64,000 bases of DNA. It comes from a bacterium (GTDB taxonomy: Bacteria; Electryoneota; Electryoneia; Electryoneales; Electryoneaceae). This document shows, piece after piece, positions 48,852 to 57,462 of the stretch. The DNA lies in contig CAXXKJ010000002.1 of NCBI GenBank assembly GCA_963675295.2, forward strand, positions 1,472,001 through 1,536,000, in the 5' to 3' direction. The notes below the pieces were generated by a model, which saw only the letters and a program-made list of their open reading frames with translations, did no database searches and was not told the origin of the DNA. Positions within the stretch are counted from its first letter, which is position 1, and each line of letters opens with the position of its first letter. Both the position numbers and the translations under genes were made by a program.

Positions 48852-49862
48852 TCACCTCGCATCGTACGCATCCACCCCGTACGGCGGGTGGCCGAGCACG
48901 GGATGCGGCACATACGGCGCCTCGAGCGCGGCGATGGTGTCGTCGTCCAATTCGAGACCGGTCGCGGCGGCGGCTTCGTCCAGGTGTGACGCTTTGGTTG
49001 AGCCGATGATCGGCGCGACAACGCCCTCCTTTTGCAGCATCCACGCCAGCGCGATCTGAGACGGGCTGTACTCGGTCTGAGCCGCGATGTCGTGCAGCGC
49101 CTGGACCACTTCGCGGTCGCCGGGCTGGTTGTACATCTTCTGTGCGTAGCTGTCGGATTTCGCTCGGGCGGTGGGCTGGGCTTCGTCGGGGAAGCGTCCC
49201 CCGGCGAGGTAGCCGCGTGCCAGCGGGCTCCACGGTACGACGCCAATTCCTTCCTCAACGCAGAGCGGCATCATCTCGCGTTCTTCTTCCCGGTACAGCA
49301 GGTTGTAATGGTTCTGCATCGCGACGAAACGGCTGAACCCCAGTGCGTCGGCGGTGTACAGGGCCTTCGCGAACTGGAAGGCGTACATGCTGGATGCGCC
49401 GATGTAACGGATTTTGCCGTCCCGGATCAGCGTGTGCAGCGCCTCGAGGGTTTCCTCGATCGGTGTGCGGTAGTTCCAGCGGTGGATGTAGTAGACGTCG
49501 AGGTAGTCGGTGTTCAGCCGGCGCAGCGAGTTCTCGCACGCCGCGACGATGTGTTTACGGCTCAGCCCGCGGTCGTTGGGATCGTCGCTCATCGGGAAAT
49601 ACACCTTGGAGGCGATCACCAGCTGGTCACGCGGGGCGAGGTCGGCGAGGATGCGTCCGGTAACGCGTTCCGATTCGCCAAAAGAATACATGTCGGCGGT
49701 GTCGTAGAAGGTGACGCCGAGTTCCCAGGCGCGTTGCACCAGCGGACGCGCGTCCTCTTCGCCGAGGATCCAGTCACGCCAGTTCGGGTCGCCGTAGGTC
49801 ATCATGCCGAGGCAGATGCGCGAAACAACGAGGCCGGTGTTGCCGAGTGTGGTGTATTGCAT
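48852..49862 (-). CDS. Aldo/keto reductase
   Basis: VSRICLGMM, DTADMY, SLRRLNTDYLDVYYIHR, GKIRYIGAS, QNHYNL, PWSPLARG. Confidence 0.95.
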   Translation of the reverse strand: MQYTTLGNTGLVVSRICLGMMTYGDPNWRDWILGEEDARPLVQRAWELGVTFYDTADMYSFGESERVTGRILADLAPRDQLVIASKVYFPMSDDPNDRGLSRKHIVAACENSLRRLNTDYLDVYYIHRWNYRTPIEETLEALHTLIRDGKIRYIGASSMYAFQFAKALYTADALGFSRFVAMQNHYNLLYREEEREMMPLCVEEGIGVVPWSPLARGYLAGGRFPDEAQPTARAKSDSYAQKMYNQPGDREVVQALHDIAAQTEYSPSQIALAWMLQKEGVVAPIIGSTKASHLDEAAAATGLELDDDTIAALEAPYVPHPVLGHPPYGVDAYDAR

Positions 49863-49953
49863 GGTGGTCTCCCGGGAGTGTGTGAGATTCAACCGTATCA
49901 GACGGTACAACAGCGTGTGGCTGGGCGAAACGGAAGCGCGGCGGGTTTGATCG

Positions 49954-51405
49954 TCACCCGAGTGAGTGCTCCGCGCTTCTCGCGATGTTGCGGATCATCG
50001 CGCGGAAGACGTAGGCGTGGAACGGCCAGATCGAATACCAGTACAGCAGTCCGCCGAGGCCGAGGGGGTCAAAAATCGCGGTCTGGTGGATGGTCGAGCC
50101 TCCGTCCTTCCGTGGTATCACCTCGTATTGCAGCCAGGCGCGGCCCGGCAGCCGCATCTCGGCGTACAAACGCAGCAGATGGTTGGGTTCGATCGCTTCG
50201 ACGCGCCAGAAGTCGATGGTGTCGCCGACGGAAACATGCAAGGGGTCACGCCGTCCCCGGCGCATCCCGGCTCCTCCGACGAACAGGTCGAGCAATCCGC
50301 GCAGCTGCCAGAGGAAATCGGCGGCGTAGTAGCCCTGTTTCCCGCCGATGCGTTGGATCGGCAGGAACGCTTGTTCGGGGGGTACGTCAACGTCCCGCGA
50401 CCGCATATCGATCAGCCGGTTGCCGAAACGGACGCCTCCCAGCTTGGGTTTGTCCAGCGAGGAAACCGCGTCGCTCCAGCGAGTTTCGAACACCTGCCGC
50501 TCTTCTTCTTCCCATGCATGTTGCAGCGCTTCGCGGATGGAAACGGGTTGAACGGAAAAATCCTGGCGTGCGCGTTCGGTTTTGACCACGGTCTCGTTCT
50601 TGACGCCTTCGAGCAGTTTCTGGCCGACCTGGGCGTACACCGGGGTAACCAGACCGAGCCACAGGCTGGACAACTTCGGAGAGAGGATCGGGACCGGGAG
50701 AATGAACCGTTTGAGTCCACGCAGGCGAGCGTATTCGGTCATCAGGCCCTGGTAGCTGACGGTTTCCGGCGCACCGATCTCGTAGATGCGGTGTTCGGGG
50801 GCGGTGAACTCCAGGTCCAGCGACGCCTCGAGGTAGCTGAGGACGTCCTCAACGGCGATCGGTTGGGTTCGCACACGAGTCCAGCGTGGCGTAACCATGA
50901 CCGGCAGTTTCCGCACCAGCGCACGGATCATTTCGTAAGACAGGCTGCCCGCACCAAGGATGATGCCGGCGCGCAGCTCGACCAGCTCCAGGCCGGAATC
51001 GGCGAGCACACGTCCGACTTCGTGCCGGCTGGCGAGGTGGGGCGACAGCGACTCGCCGTGGCCGAGGCCGCCGAGGTAGATGATCCGTTTGACGCCAGCG
51101 TCACGAGCCGCACGGGCAAAGCTGCGGGCGCCGTTCAGCTCTTCGGCGAAGAACCCTTCCTTTTTCGCGAGGGCGTGGACGAGATAGTACGCCGTGTGCA
51201 CACCGCTCAGCGCGGAACGCAGCGAATCGAGATCGAGGACATCTCCCTGCACCGCTTCGATCGTGTCGCCGAAACGGTCACGAAGCGTTTCCGGGCGGCG
51301 TGAGACACAGCGGACGTGTTCGCCGCGCGTCAGCAGGCGCTGCAGCAGCCTGCCGCCAACGTATCCGGTCGCGCCGGTGAGCAGGATGGTCCGTTTCGCT
51401 ACGAT
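49954..51405 (-). CDS. NAD(P)-binding SDR with DUF2867 (YbjT-like), apparent non-canonical start
   Basis: TILLTGATGYVGG lies upstream of the first GTG; HLASRHEV; IDFWRVE; AEMRLPGRAWL. Confidence 0.88.
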   Translation of the reverse strand: MVAKRTILLTGATGYVGGRLLQRLLTRGEHVRCVSRRPETLRDRFGDTIEAVQGDVLDLDSLRSALSGVHTAYYLVHALAKKEGFFAEELNGARSFARAARDAGVKRIIYLGGLGHGESLSPHLASRHEVGRVLADSGLELVELRAGIILGAGSLSYEMIRALVRKLPVMVTPRWTRVRTQPIAVEDVLSYLEASLDLEFTAPEHRIYEIGAPETVSYQGLMTEYARLRGLKRFILPVPILSPKLSSLWLGLVTPVYAQVGQKLLEGVKNETVVKTERARQDFSVQPVSIREALQHAWEEEERQVFETRWSDAVSSLDKPKLGGVRFGNRLIDMRSRDVDVPPEQAFLPIQRIGGKQGYYAADFLWQLRGLLDLFVGGAGMRRGRRDPLHVSVGDTIDFWRVEAIEPNHLLRLYAEMRLPGRAWLQYEVIPRKDGGSTIHQTAIFDPLGLGGLLYWYSIWPFHAYVFRAMIRNIARSAEHSLG

Positions 51406-52613
51406 CGGTACACCTCCGTGACGTCTTCGATGGCCGAACAGACGGCGTCGATTTCCGCTTCGGTCTGAGCCGGGAAGATGGGCAGCGAAACTTGACGTTG
51501 CCAGTCGCGTTCGGCGGTGGGGAACAGGCCGTTGCCGTAGCCGTACGTTTCGCGATAGTACGGCATCAGGTGCAGCGGCAGCCAGTGCATCGAGCAGAAG
51601 ACTTCGCGTTCACGCAGGGCTTCGATGAACTGCGCACGGTCGATGGACAAAGCGTCCAGGTTGAGCCGGATCGAGTACAGGTGCCACGAGTGTTTCCGGG
51701 TGGCCGGGTCACGTGGCGGAAGCTGGATCGCGTCCAGCTGGCCGAGCCGTTGGTCGTACGCGGTGGCGACACGGGCGCGCTTCGCGAGGTAGTCGTCCGC
51801 GCGGAGGAGTTCGTCCAGCCCGAGCGACGCCGCAATGTCGGTCATGTTGTACTTGTAGCCGGGCGCGACGATCTCGTAGTACCACGAACCGGCGGAAGTG
51901 TAGCGTTTCCAGGCGTCCCGGTTCATCCCGTGCAACGACATGACCCGCATGCGGTCCATCTTCTTGCCATCCCTGGCGATCACCATCCCGCCTTCGCCAG
52001 TGGTGATGCACTTGTTGGCGTAGAAGGAGAAGCAGCCCATCTGGCCAAAGGTGCCGCAGTGCCGCCACGGGACATTTTCCTCGTGCCGGTAATAGGCTGG
52101 GAAGGTGTGGGCGGCGTCCTCGATGAACGGGATCTCATGCTGCAGCGCGACGGTCTGGATGGCGTTAATGTCGCAGGCAAATCCGCCGTAGTGCATGATG
52201 ACGATCAACCGGATGGGACCGTACGGCGGTTCCAGCCCGGCGACCGGCTGATTGGCACGGATCGCCCGGATGGTTTCGTCCAGCTTGACCGGGTCCATGT
52301 TAAAACTTTCGTCCATGTCAACGAAGACCGGGACGGCGTCGAAGTAGCGTACGACCTCGGCGGTGGCGGCAAAGGTCATGGTCGGGACGATGACCAGGTC
52401 ACCGCGTTGCACCCCCATCGCCTCGAGCGCGAGATGCAGCGCGGCGGTGCAGGAGGTGAGGGCCAGGGCGTGCGTCGAGTTGACCCGCGCGGCGAATTGT
52501 TCCTCGAAGGTCTTTGTCTTGAAGCCGGTGGTCAGCCATCCAGATCGGAGCGATTCGGCGACCGCGTCCACGGCGGTTTCGGGCAGCTCAACTCGGAAGA
52601 ATGGGACTTTCAT
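51399..52613 (-). CDS. DegT/DnrJ/EryC1/StrS aminotransferase
   Basis: SCTAALHLAL, IEDAAH, FSFYANKCITTGEGG, GYKYNMTD. Confidence 0.96.
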   Translation of the reverse strand: MKVPFFRVELPETAVDAVAESLRSGWLTTGFKTKTFEEQFAARVNSTHALALTSCTAALHLALEAMGVQRGDLVIVPTMTFAATAEVVRYFDAVPVFVDMDESFNMDPVKLDETIRAIRANQPVAGLEPPYGPIRLIVIMHYGGFACDINAIQTVALQHEIPFIEDAAHTFPAYYRHEENVPWRHCGTFGQMGCFSFYANKCITTGEGGMVIARDGKKMDRMRVMSLHGMNRDAWKRYTSAGSWYYEIVAPGYKYNMTDIAASLGLDELLRADDYLAKRARVATAYDQRLGQLDAIQLPPRDPATRKHSWHLYSIRLNLDALSIDRAQFIEALREREVFCSMHWLPLHLMPYYRETYGYGNGLFPTAERDWQRQVSLPIFPAQTEAEIDAVCSAIEDVTEVYRS

Positions 52614-52748
52614 CTGGGTGTCTCTAGTCTCTGGTCTTTCGTCTCTCGATAAACCGGGCTCTGGATGCTGGGCTCTGGGCTCAACTGACTCAGTCCGGTG
52701 AATAAAGGGCGTAGCGGCTATCGCATTATCCAGATTAATCCGACTTCG

Positions 52749-52774
52749 TTACCACGGACTTAAGTCCGTGGTAA
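52749..52774. repeat. Perfect 26-bp palindrome (REP-like)
   Basis: TTACCACGGACTT|AAGTCCGTGGTAA. Confidence 0.85.
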
Positions 52775-52784
52775 GTATCTTTTT

Positions 52785-52861
52785 GCAGCCCGCAGCCCGC
52801 AGCCCGCAGCCCGCAGCCCGCAGCCCGCAGCCCGCAGCCCGCAGCCCGCAGCCCGCAGCCC
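52785..52861. repeat. Heptamer microsatellite (GCAGCCC)11
   Basis: Counted directly. Confidence 0.97.
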
Positions 52862-52871
52862 GCGAGTGCCG

Positions 52872-52905
52872 CGTCCGCGTCAGCAAGCTGACACGGGCAC
52901 ATCTT
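52872..52905. repeat. 34-bp hairpin element, copy A
   Basis: CGTCCGCGTCAGCAAGCTGACACGGGCACATCTT; homologous to 62611-62644. Confidence 0.8.
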
Positions 52906-52908
52906 CCT

Positions 52909-52978
52909 TCCTGAGTCCTGAGTCCTGAGTCCTGAGTCCTGAGTCCTGAGTCCTGAGTCCTGAGTCCTGAGTCCTGAG
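52909..52978. repeat. Heptamer microsatellite (TCCTGAG)10
   Basis: Counted directly. Confidence 0.97.
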
Positions 52979-53000
52979 TCCCGATTCCCGAACCCGTAAC

Positions 53001-53675
53001 CTACTCTCCCGCCAGCATCCAATGGTTCAGGCGGTCGCGGGCGATACTCGCCCAGTCCGGGCCGAAGGTCATCGGCCACACCTTGCCGACGGTAATCGCG
53101 AGCACGGTATCGATCAGGATGCGCATATCCATTAAAACAGTCTGGTTGCGAACATACCACAGCGCCATCTCAATCTTGATCGGGAGGATGACGTCGAGGT
53201 AGGCGGCTTCGCGTTCGCTGATGCCCTCAAGGACACTCTCCTCATCACGGAACTGCAGGGTCGCGAGGTCGGTGATGCCGGGCCGTGCGTCAAAGACCTC
53301 GTCCCACTCGAGTTTGTACTTGGCGACGTAGCGTGGCACCTCCGGCCGTGGCCCGACAAGGCTCATGTCGCCGATCAGGACGTTCCACAGTTCGGGGAGC
53401 TCATCCAGTTTGCTGCGACGCAGGAACGCTCCGACCGGTGTGATCCGCGGGTCGTGCTTCGCGGTGACATGCGGGCCGTGCTTGTCGGCGTCAACGACCA
53501 TCGTGCGGAACTTGATCATCTGGAACGGGCGCTTGTGCCGTCCGACACGGGACTGCCGGTAGAACAGCGGGCCGGGATCACGGATCGCCATCGCGGCCGC
53601 GATGAGTATGAACAACGGCAGCGCGGCGAGCAGCCCAAACACGGACAGTGCGATGTCCAGCAGCCGTTTCAGCAT
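53001..53675 (-). CDS. Bacterial sugar transferase (initiating phosphoglycosyl transferase)
   Basis: MLKRLLDI, KFRTM, DPRITPVGAFLRRSKLDELPEL, GDMSLVGPRPE, PGIT. Confidence 0.95.
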   Translation of the reverse strand: MLKRLLDIALSVFGLLAALPLFILIAAAMAIRDPGPLFYRQSRVGRHKRPFQMIKFRTMVVDADKHGPHVTAKHDPRITPVGAFLRRSKLDELPELWNVLIGDMSLVGPRPEVPRYVAKYKLEWDEVFDARPGITDLATLQFRDEESVLEGISEREAAYLDVILPIKIEMALWYVRNQTVLMDMRILIDTVLAITVGKVWPMTFGPDWASIARDRLNHWMLAGE

Positions 53676-54709
53676 CAGGGTTGCCCTTCCGCTTCCGGTT
53701 CGGGCACACGGGCCTTGCAGAGGCCGTGCAGCGTACCGAAACCGTACGCAAGGTGAAACGCCAGCCAGACGGGTGGCAGCAGCAACGTAGCCAGCCGTCC
53801 GGTCTTCTTGTACTCGTTCCAGGCGAAATATGCCCCGGCGAGCAGATGCGCGGGCAGGGCGAGGCCGAGAATCCGGCCCTTGACGATGGCCAGTTTCCAG
53901 CGCAGCAACTTGCCCAGTTTCAGCACTGGCAGCCACGACAGCACACTCAACGCGAAAAGAGTCGGTATGTGATGCCGCAACCGCATCGACCGCCAGTTGA
54001 CCTTGAGGCTGATTGCGTTCCACCAGCCGGACTTGTGCGCGTAACGGAGCAAACCCCAGATCGTCGGCTTGGAAAAGTAACGTGCGGTGGTGCGGTGGGT
54101 GAGATACAGCTTGTGTCCCGCCGCGATCAACCGCTGGTTCATGTCGTTGTCCTGGTTGCGCACCAGGGTTTCGTTGTAGCCGCCGATTTCGAGCAGCGCC
54201 TGCTTGCGGAAGATGGGGTACGGGATGGTGTCGGCGAACCCTTCGGGCTGGGTGCGAACCGACGCTCCGGACGCGCCGAACGGATGGCTGATCGCCCACG
54301 CGACCAGTTGCGCCTGCAGGCTGTCGTTGGCGGGGACAGTTTCCAGCCGTCCGCTGACTCCCACAGCGCCGGTGGCTTCCATCTCTTCCAGGCAGACCTG
54401 GATGTAGTCGGGGTCGTAGTAGCCATGCGCGCCGAAGAAGCAGATGAACTCGCCCGCTGCTTCAAACAGGCCGATGTTGGCTGCGTGCGGGGTGAAACGC
54501 TGCGGATTGTCGACGAGACGGACGCGTTTGTCGTTGGCGAAACGGGTGGTGATGATCTCGCGGGTGTCGTCGTCGGACATGCCGTCAATGATCAGGATCT
54601 CGAGGCGGTAGCCAGTGAGATCCTGTTGCAGCAGCGAACGCACGACATCCTCGATGGTCGCGCCTTCGTTGTAGGTGGGCATCAGAATGGAAACGGTCGG
54701 TTGCGGCAT
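53675..54709 (-). CDS. GT2 glycosyltransferase (ExoA-like)
   Basis: SILMPTYNE, IDGMSDD, GGYNETLVRNQDNDMN, HLAYGFG. Confidence 0.93.
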   Translation of the reverse strand: MPQPTVSILMPTYNEGATIEDVVRSLLQQDLTGYRLEILIIDGMSDDDTREIITTRFANDKRVRLVDNPQRFTPHAANIGLFEAAGEFICFFGAHGYYDPDYIQVCLEEMEATGAVGVSGRLETVPANDSLQAQLVAWAISHPFGASGASVRTQPEGFADTIPYPIFRKQALLEIGGYNETLVRNQDNDMNQRLIAAGHKLYLTHRTTARYFSKPTIWGLLRYAHKSGWWNAISLKVNWRSMRLRHHIPTLFALSVLSWLPVLKLGKLLRWKLAIVKGRILGLALPAHLLAGAYFAWNEYKKTGRLATLLLPPVWLAFHLAYGFGTLHGLCKARVPEPEAEGQP

Positions 54710-55340
54710 GCGGTTACAATCCTTTGCGACGTTGATCAGTCTGGCGGAATGTAAGCAAGGTGAAGCGTCCGGATAACCCCCGCTCAACATCCGGTCTCAC
54801 GGGTTGAGATGGGGAACAGACGGTGAGTAGACGCGCTGTGCAACAACAACGAAATAAGTGGGGGTGACAGGGGCCGGCATGGGCTGAGTCCCGGTTTCGG
54901 AGGATGGTTTTCAGTGAAAAATGAACGTGTTGGCTCTTTTGTGTTTTCTTGATTTACCTATGTGAATTGTTAAGAAACAGAGGTTTAGTGAATGTGATGG
55001 TGCGCACCGGATGATTTTTCGAGAGCCCATATGCGGAACTCCGCGAAAAGTCGCGTCTCCGCTTGCATTGCTGCGTCACACCTGATTCACGGGCTACCTT
55101 GTCCGGCTGGGGATAGGATCCAAATGCACCGATCAGAACCTCTCTCGCTGTGATCGGGATCAAGTGCTTAGGTTGACAAGGGTTAGCATTGACGCCGCGC
55201 ACTCCAGATGTGAAACTGCCTGTTCAAATTACAGGCAAACATCAGAGCGGCGAGTTTGCGCTCAGTTTGACTTTGGCGCTGGAATGGGTTGAGACAACGG
55301 ACATTCCGTGAATCTGTCCGGCGAGAGAACGGAGGACCAC

Positions 55341-56597
55341 ATGAGAGTTGCAGCGGTGTTCATCGGGTTGGCGCTCCTGCTGATGGTGGCGGCACCACCA
55401 TCGTGGGCGGTGACGGCGACAGCCGGTTTCATTCACGAGAATGCGCAGATGTTCGTCATCGGCGAGCTGGTGGATGTGGAGGACCTGGAGAGCGACAATT
55501 TCAATGCCAGCGACGTGGAGAAGTTCTTTTACTTCTCGGTTACACCAGATGTCGATTCTGATCTGGACAAGAACATCCGGATGCACATTGAGTTCAGCCG
55601 GCTCGGGGAAGTGATTTACGAATCGTGGACCCGGGAGCCGTTCACCCTGGAAACGTGGGTGAACAGTCCGATCGGTGATAATGGACGGTACACCAACGAT
55701 CAGATCAACGATCTGAAGGCCACTCCGTGGTTCAACGAGGATCTTGACCGGTCGACGCAGTTCTCGGCGGAAACGTTGACCGGTGTCCTCGACGGTGGCA
55801 ACCTCGCTGGTGACATCTACATCATCAAGATCGAAGTTTTCGAGGTGATCGGGAATCAGGAAATCCCGCTGGCGTATGCGCTTTCACCGATCCAGATCAC
55901 CAGCCCGTCCCGTCCCCAGGCGGTTACACCGATGAATGGGGATGAGGTACACTATCCGGTGTTCCTCTCGTGGACCGGTGTCGGTGGTCAGGTAATGCCG
56001 GGCGATGTCGAGCTGATCCTGGTTGAAGCGGACGAAGGCGATTTCGACGATCTGCAGACGATCATCGACAACCGCAGCATCGTCAACACCCGCTACGAGG
56101 GACCGGCACAGTTCGTCGAGTACCATGCCTACACGGGCGCGGCGGGGACGGAGCAGCCGTTGACCGATGGCCGGACCTATGTGTGGATGGTGTGTGTCGA
56201 CGTGCAGTCAGCCGGTGGCCAGACGTACACCTTCTGTAGTTCACCGGAGAGCTTTGTGTACACGGAGATGATCGACGTTGATCCGGACGATCTGCTCGGC
56301 GGCGGTGGCGGTGGTGAGCAGGAGATGGACGGTGTCGAAGCCGAGGATGGTATTGTCAACAATCCTCCGGAAGAACGCGACACCAACGTCCCGATTCCGG
56401 ATCTTGTCTTCTCGGTGTTGTTGCAGGGCGGACTGACCCAAGCCCAGATCGACGAATTGATCAGCGCGTTTGAGGGATACTACGTGCAGGACATGACGTT
56501 CGACGGGCAAAACGGGCAGACGTATTCCACCCTCGCGAAGAAGTTGAACACGCCGGGGCTGGAAGTGATCACAATCATCTACGATGAGGAGGAGTGA
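55341..56597 (+). CDS. Secreted hypothetical protein (Ig/FN3-like region)
   Basis: GGAGG RBS, signal peptide, PMNG...FLSW...GRTYVW.V pattern. Confidence 0.8.
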   Translation: MRVAAVFIGLALLLMVAAPPSWAVTATAGFIHENAQMFVIGELVDVEDLESDNFNASDVEKFFYFSVTPDVDSDLDKNIRMHIEFSRLGEVIYESWTREPFTLETWVNSPIGDNGRYTNDQINDLKATPWFNEDLDRSTQFSAETLTGVLDGGNLAGDIYIIKIEVFEVIGNQEIPLAYALSPIQITSPSRPQAVTPMNGDEVHYPVFLSWTGVGGQVMPGDVELILVEADEGDFDDLQTIIDNRSIVNTRYEGPAQFVEYHAYTGAAGTEQPLTDGRTYVWMVCVDVQSAGGQTYTFCSSPESFVYTEMIDVDPDDLLGGGGGGEQEMDGVEAEDGIVNNPPEERDTNVPIPDLVFSVLLQGGLTQAQIDELISAFEGYYVQDMTFDGQNGQTYSTLAKKLNTPGLEVITIIYDEEE

Positions 56598-56601
56598 TCA
56601 C

Positions 56602-57306
56602 ATGAACGCGAAGATGATGCACACACGGACTCTGCGGATTCTGTCCCTGACCGTGTTCCTGTTGATGCTGGTTGGTATCTCCGCGCAGGCTGCGCGTCCG
56701 ATTGCAGTAGTAACGAGTTTTCGTGGGGCAGTGGAATATTACCACGACAACAAGTGGCAAGATGTCTACGAGCGACTTGCGCTGTATGATGGCGACAAGA
56801 TGCGGACCAGCGAAGACGGCTATTGCGCGCTCGTATTCGTGGATGACGTCTCGCAAATCCGGCTGAACCCGAGCACTGAAGCCACGTTCGGCCACACGGT
56901 GAACGCGGACAGCAGCTGGAACAAACGTGTCGACATGGAACTCGGACGAGTATTCGCCCAGGTGACCGAACAGAAAGGTGCGTTGCAGGTTGCAACACCG
57001 ACTGCGGTCGCGTCCGTCAAGGGCACCGAGTTCTGGGTGATGATGAACGACGATGGCACGGTTACTCAGCTCACGCTGGAAGGCATTGTTGAACTGATGA
57101 GCGTGTTGACCGGCGAGACGAAGGATGTTCGCGCCGGGTACCAGGGTGATGTTGACGGCAACGGCAACATAGACGTCGCCGTGCTGAATGAGGATATCGT
57201 GCCGGATTATCTCGACACGATGGACGTCGATAAGATCGAGATCAAGTTCATCGACGAAGACGGCAACGAAAAGACGTTGATCATTCCGATCAAGATTGAG
57301 AAATAG
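56602..57306 (+). CDS. Secreted FecR-domain protein
   Basis: Signal peptide; GDKMRT, FVDDVSQIRL, TPTAVASVKGTEF, LEGIVE. Confidence 0.9.
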   Translation: MNAKMMHTRTLRILSLTVFLLMLVGISAQAARPIAVVTSFRGAVEYYHDNKWQDVYERLALYDGDKMRTSEDGYCALVFVDDVSQIRLNPSTEATFGHTVNADSSWNKRVDMELGRVFAQVTEQKGALQVATPTAVASVKGTEFWVMMNDDGTVTQLTLEGIVELMSVLTGETKDVRAGYQGDVDGNGNIDVAVLNEDIVPDYLDTMDVDKIEIKFIDEDGNEKTLIIPIKIEK

Positions 57307-57462
57307 CGCTGATCTGATCCGCGAGGATTCGGATTAAGCAACGGGCCACTCCATCCGCTGGGGGTAGCGGATGGAGTGGACCCTGTCACGTTCCATGGTG
57401 ACGTTTCGGGGAGAGGCCGCGCAGGCGGAACCGGGGCGCGTCGCCACAGAAGGTGAAACATC

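Noticed and set aside
52735-53160. ORF with LRTQDSG/GLRAAGC repeats (also 62459-62721)
   Set aside because: These are translations of intergenic heptamer microsatellites.
53676-54299. N-terminal extension of the sugar transferase ORF
   Set aside because: Out-of-frame overlap with the GT2 gene; the family N-terminus begins at MLKRLLD (53675).
48595-54800. Long plus-strand ORFs (e.g. 49032-50585, 49966-51303, 51492-52652, 53648-54754)
   Set aside because: Antisense shadows of well-recognised GC-rich minus-strand genes, with no motifs of their own.
55200-55300. c-di-GMP-I riboswitch upstream of the cyclase cluster
   Set aside because: Only GGCAAAC matches; the GAAA tetraloop stem and GCAAAGC second-stem motif are absent.
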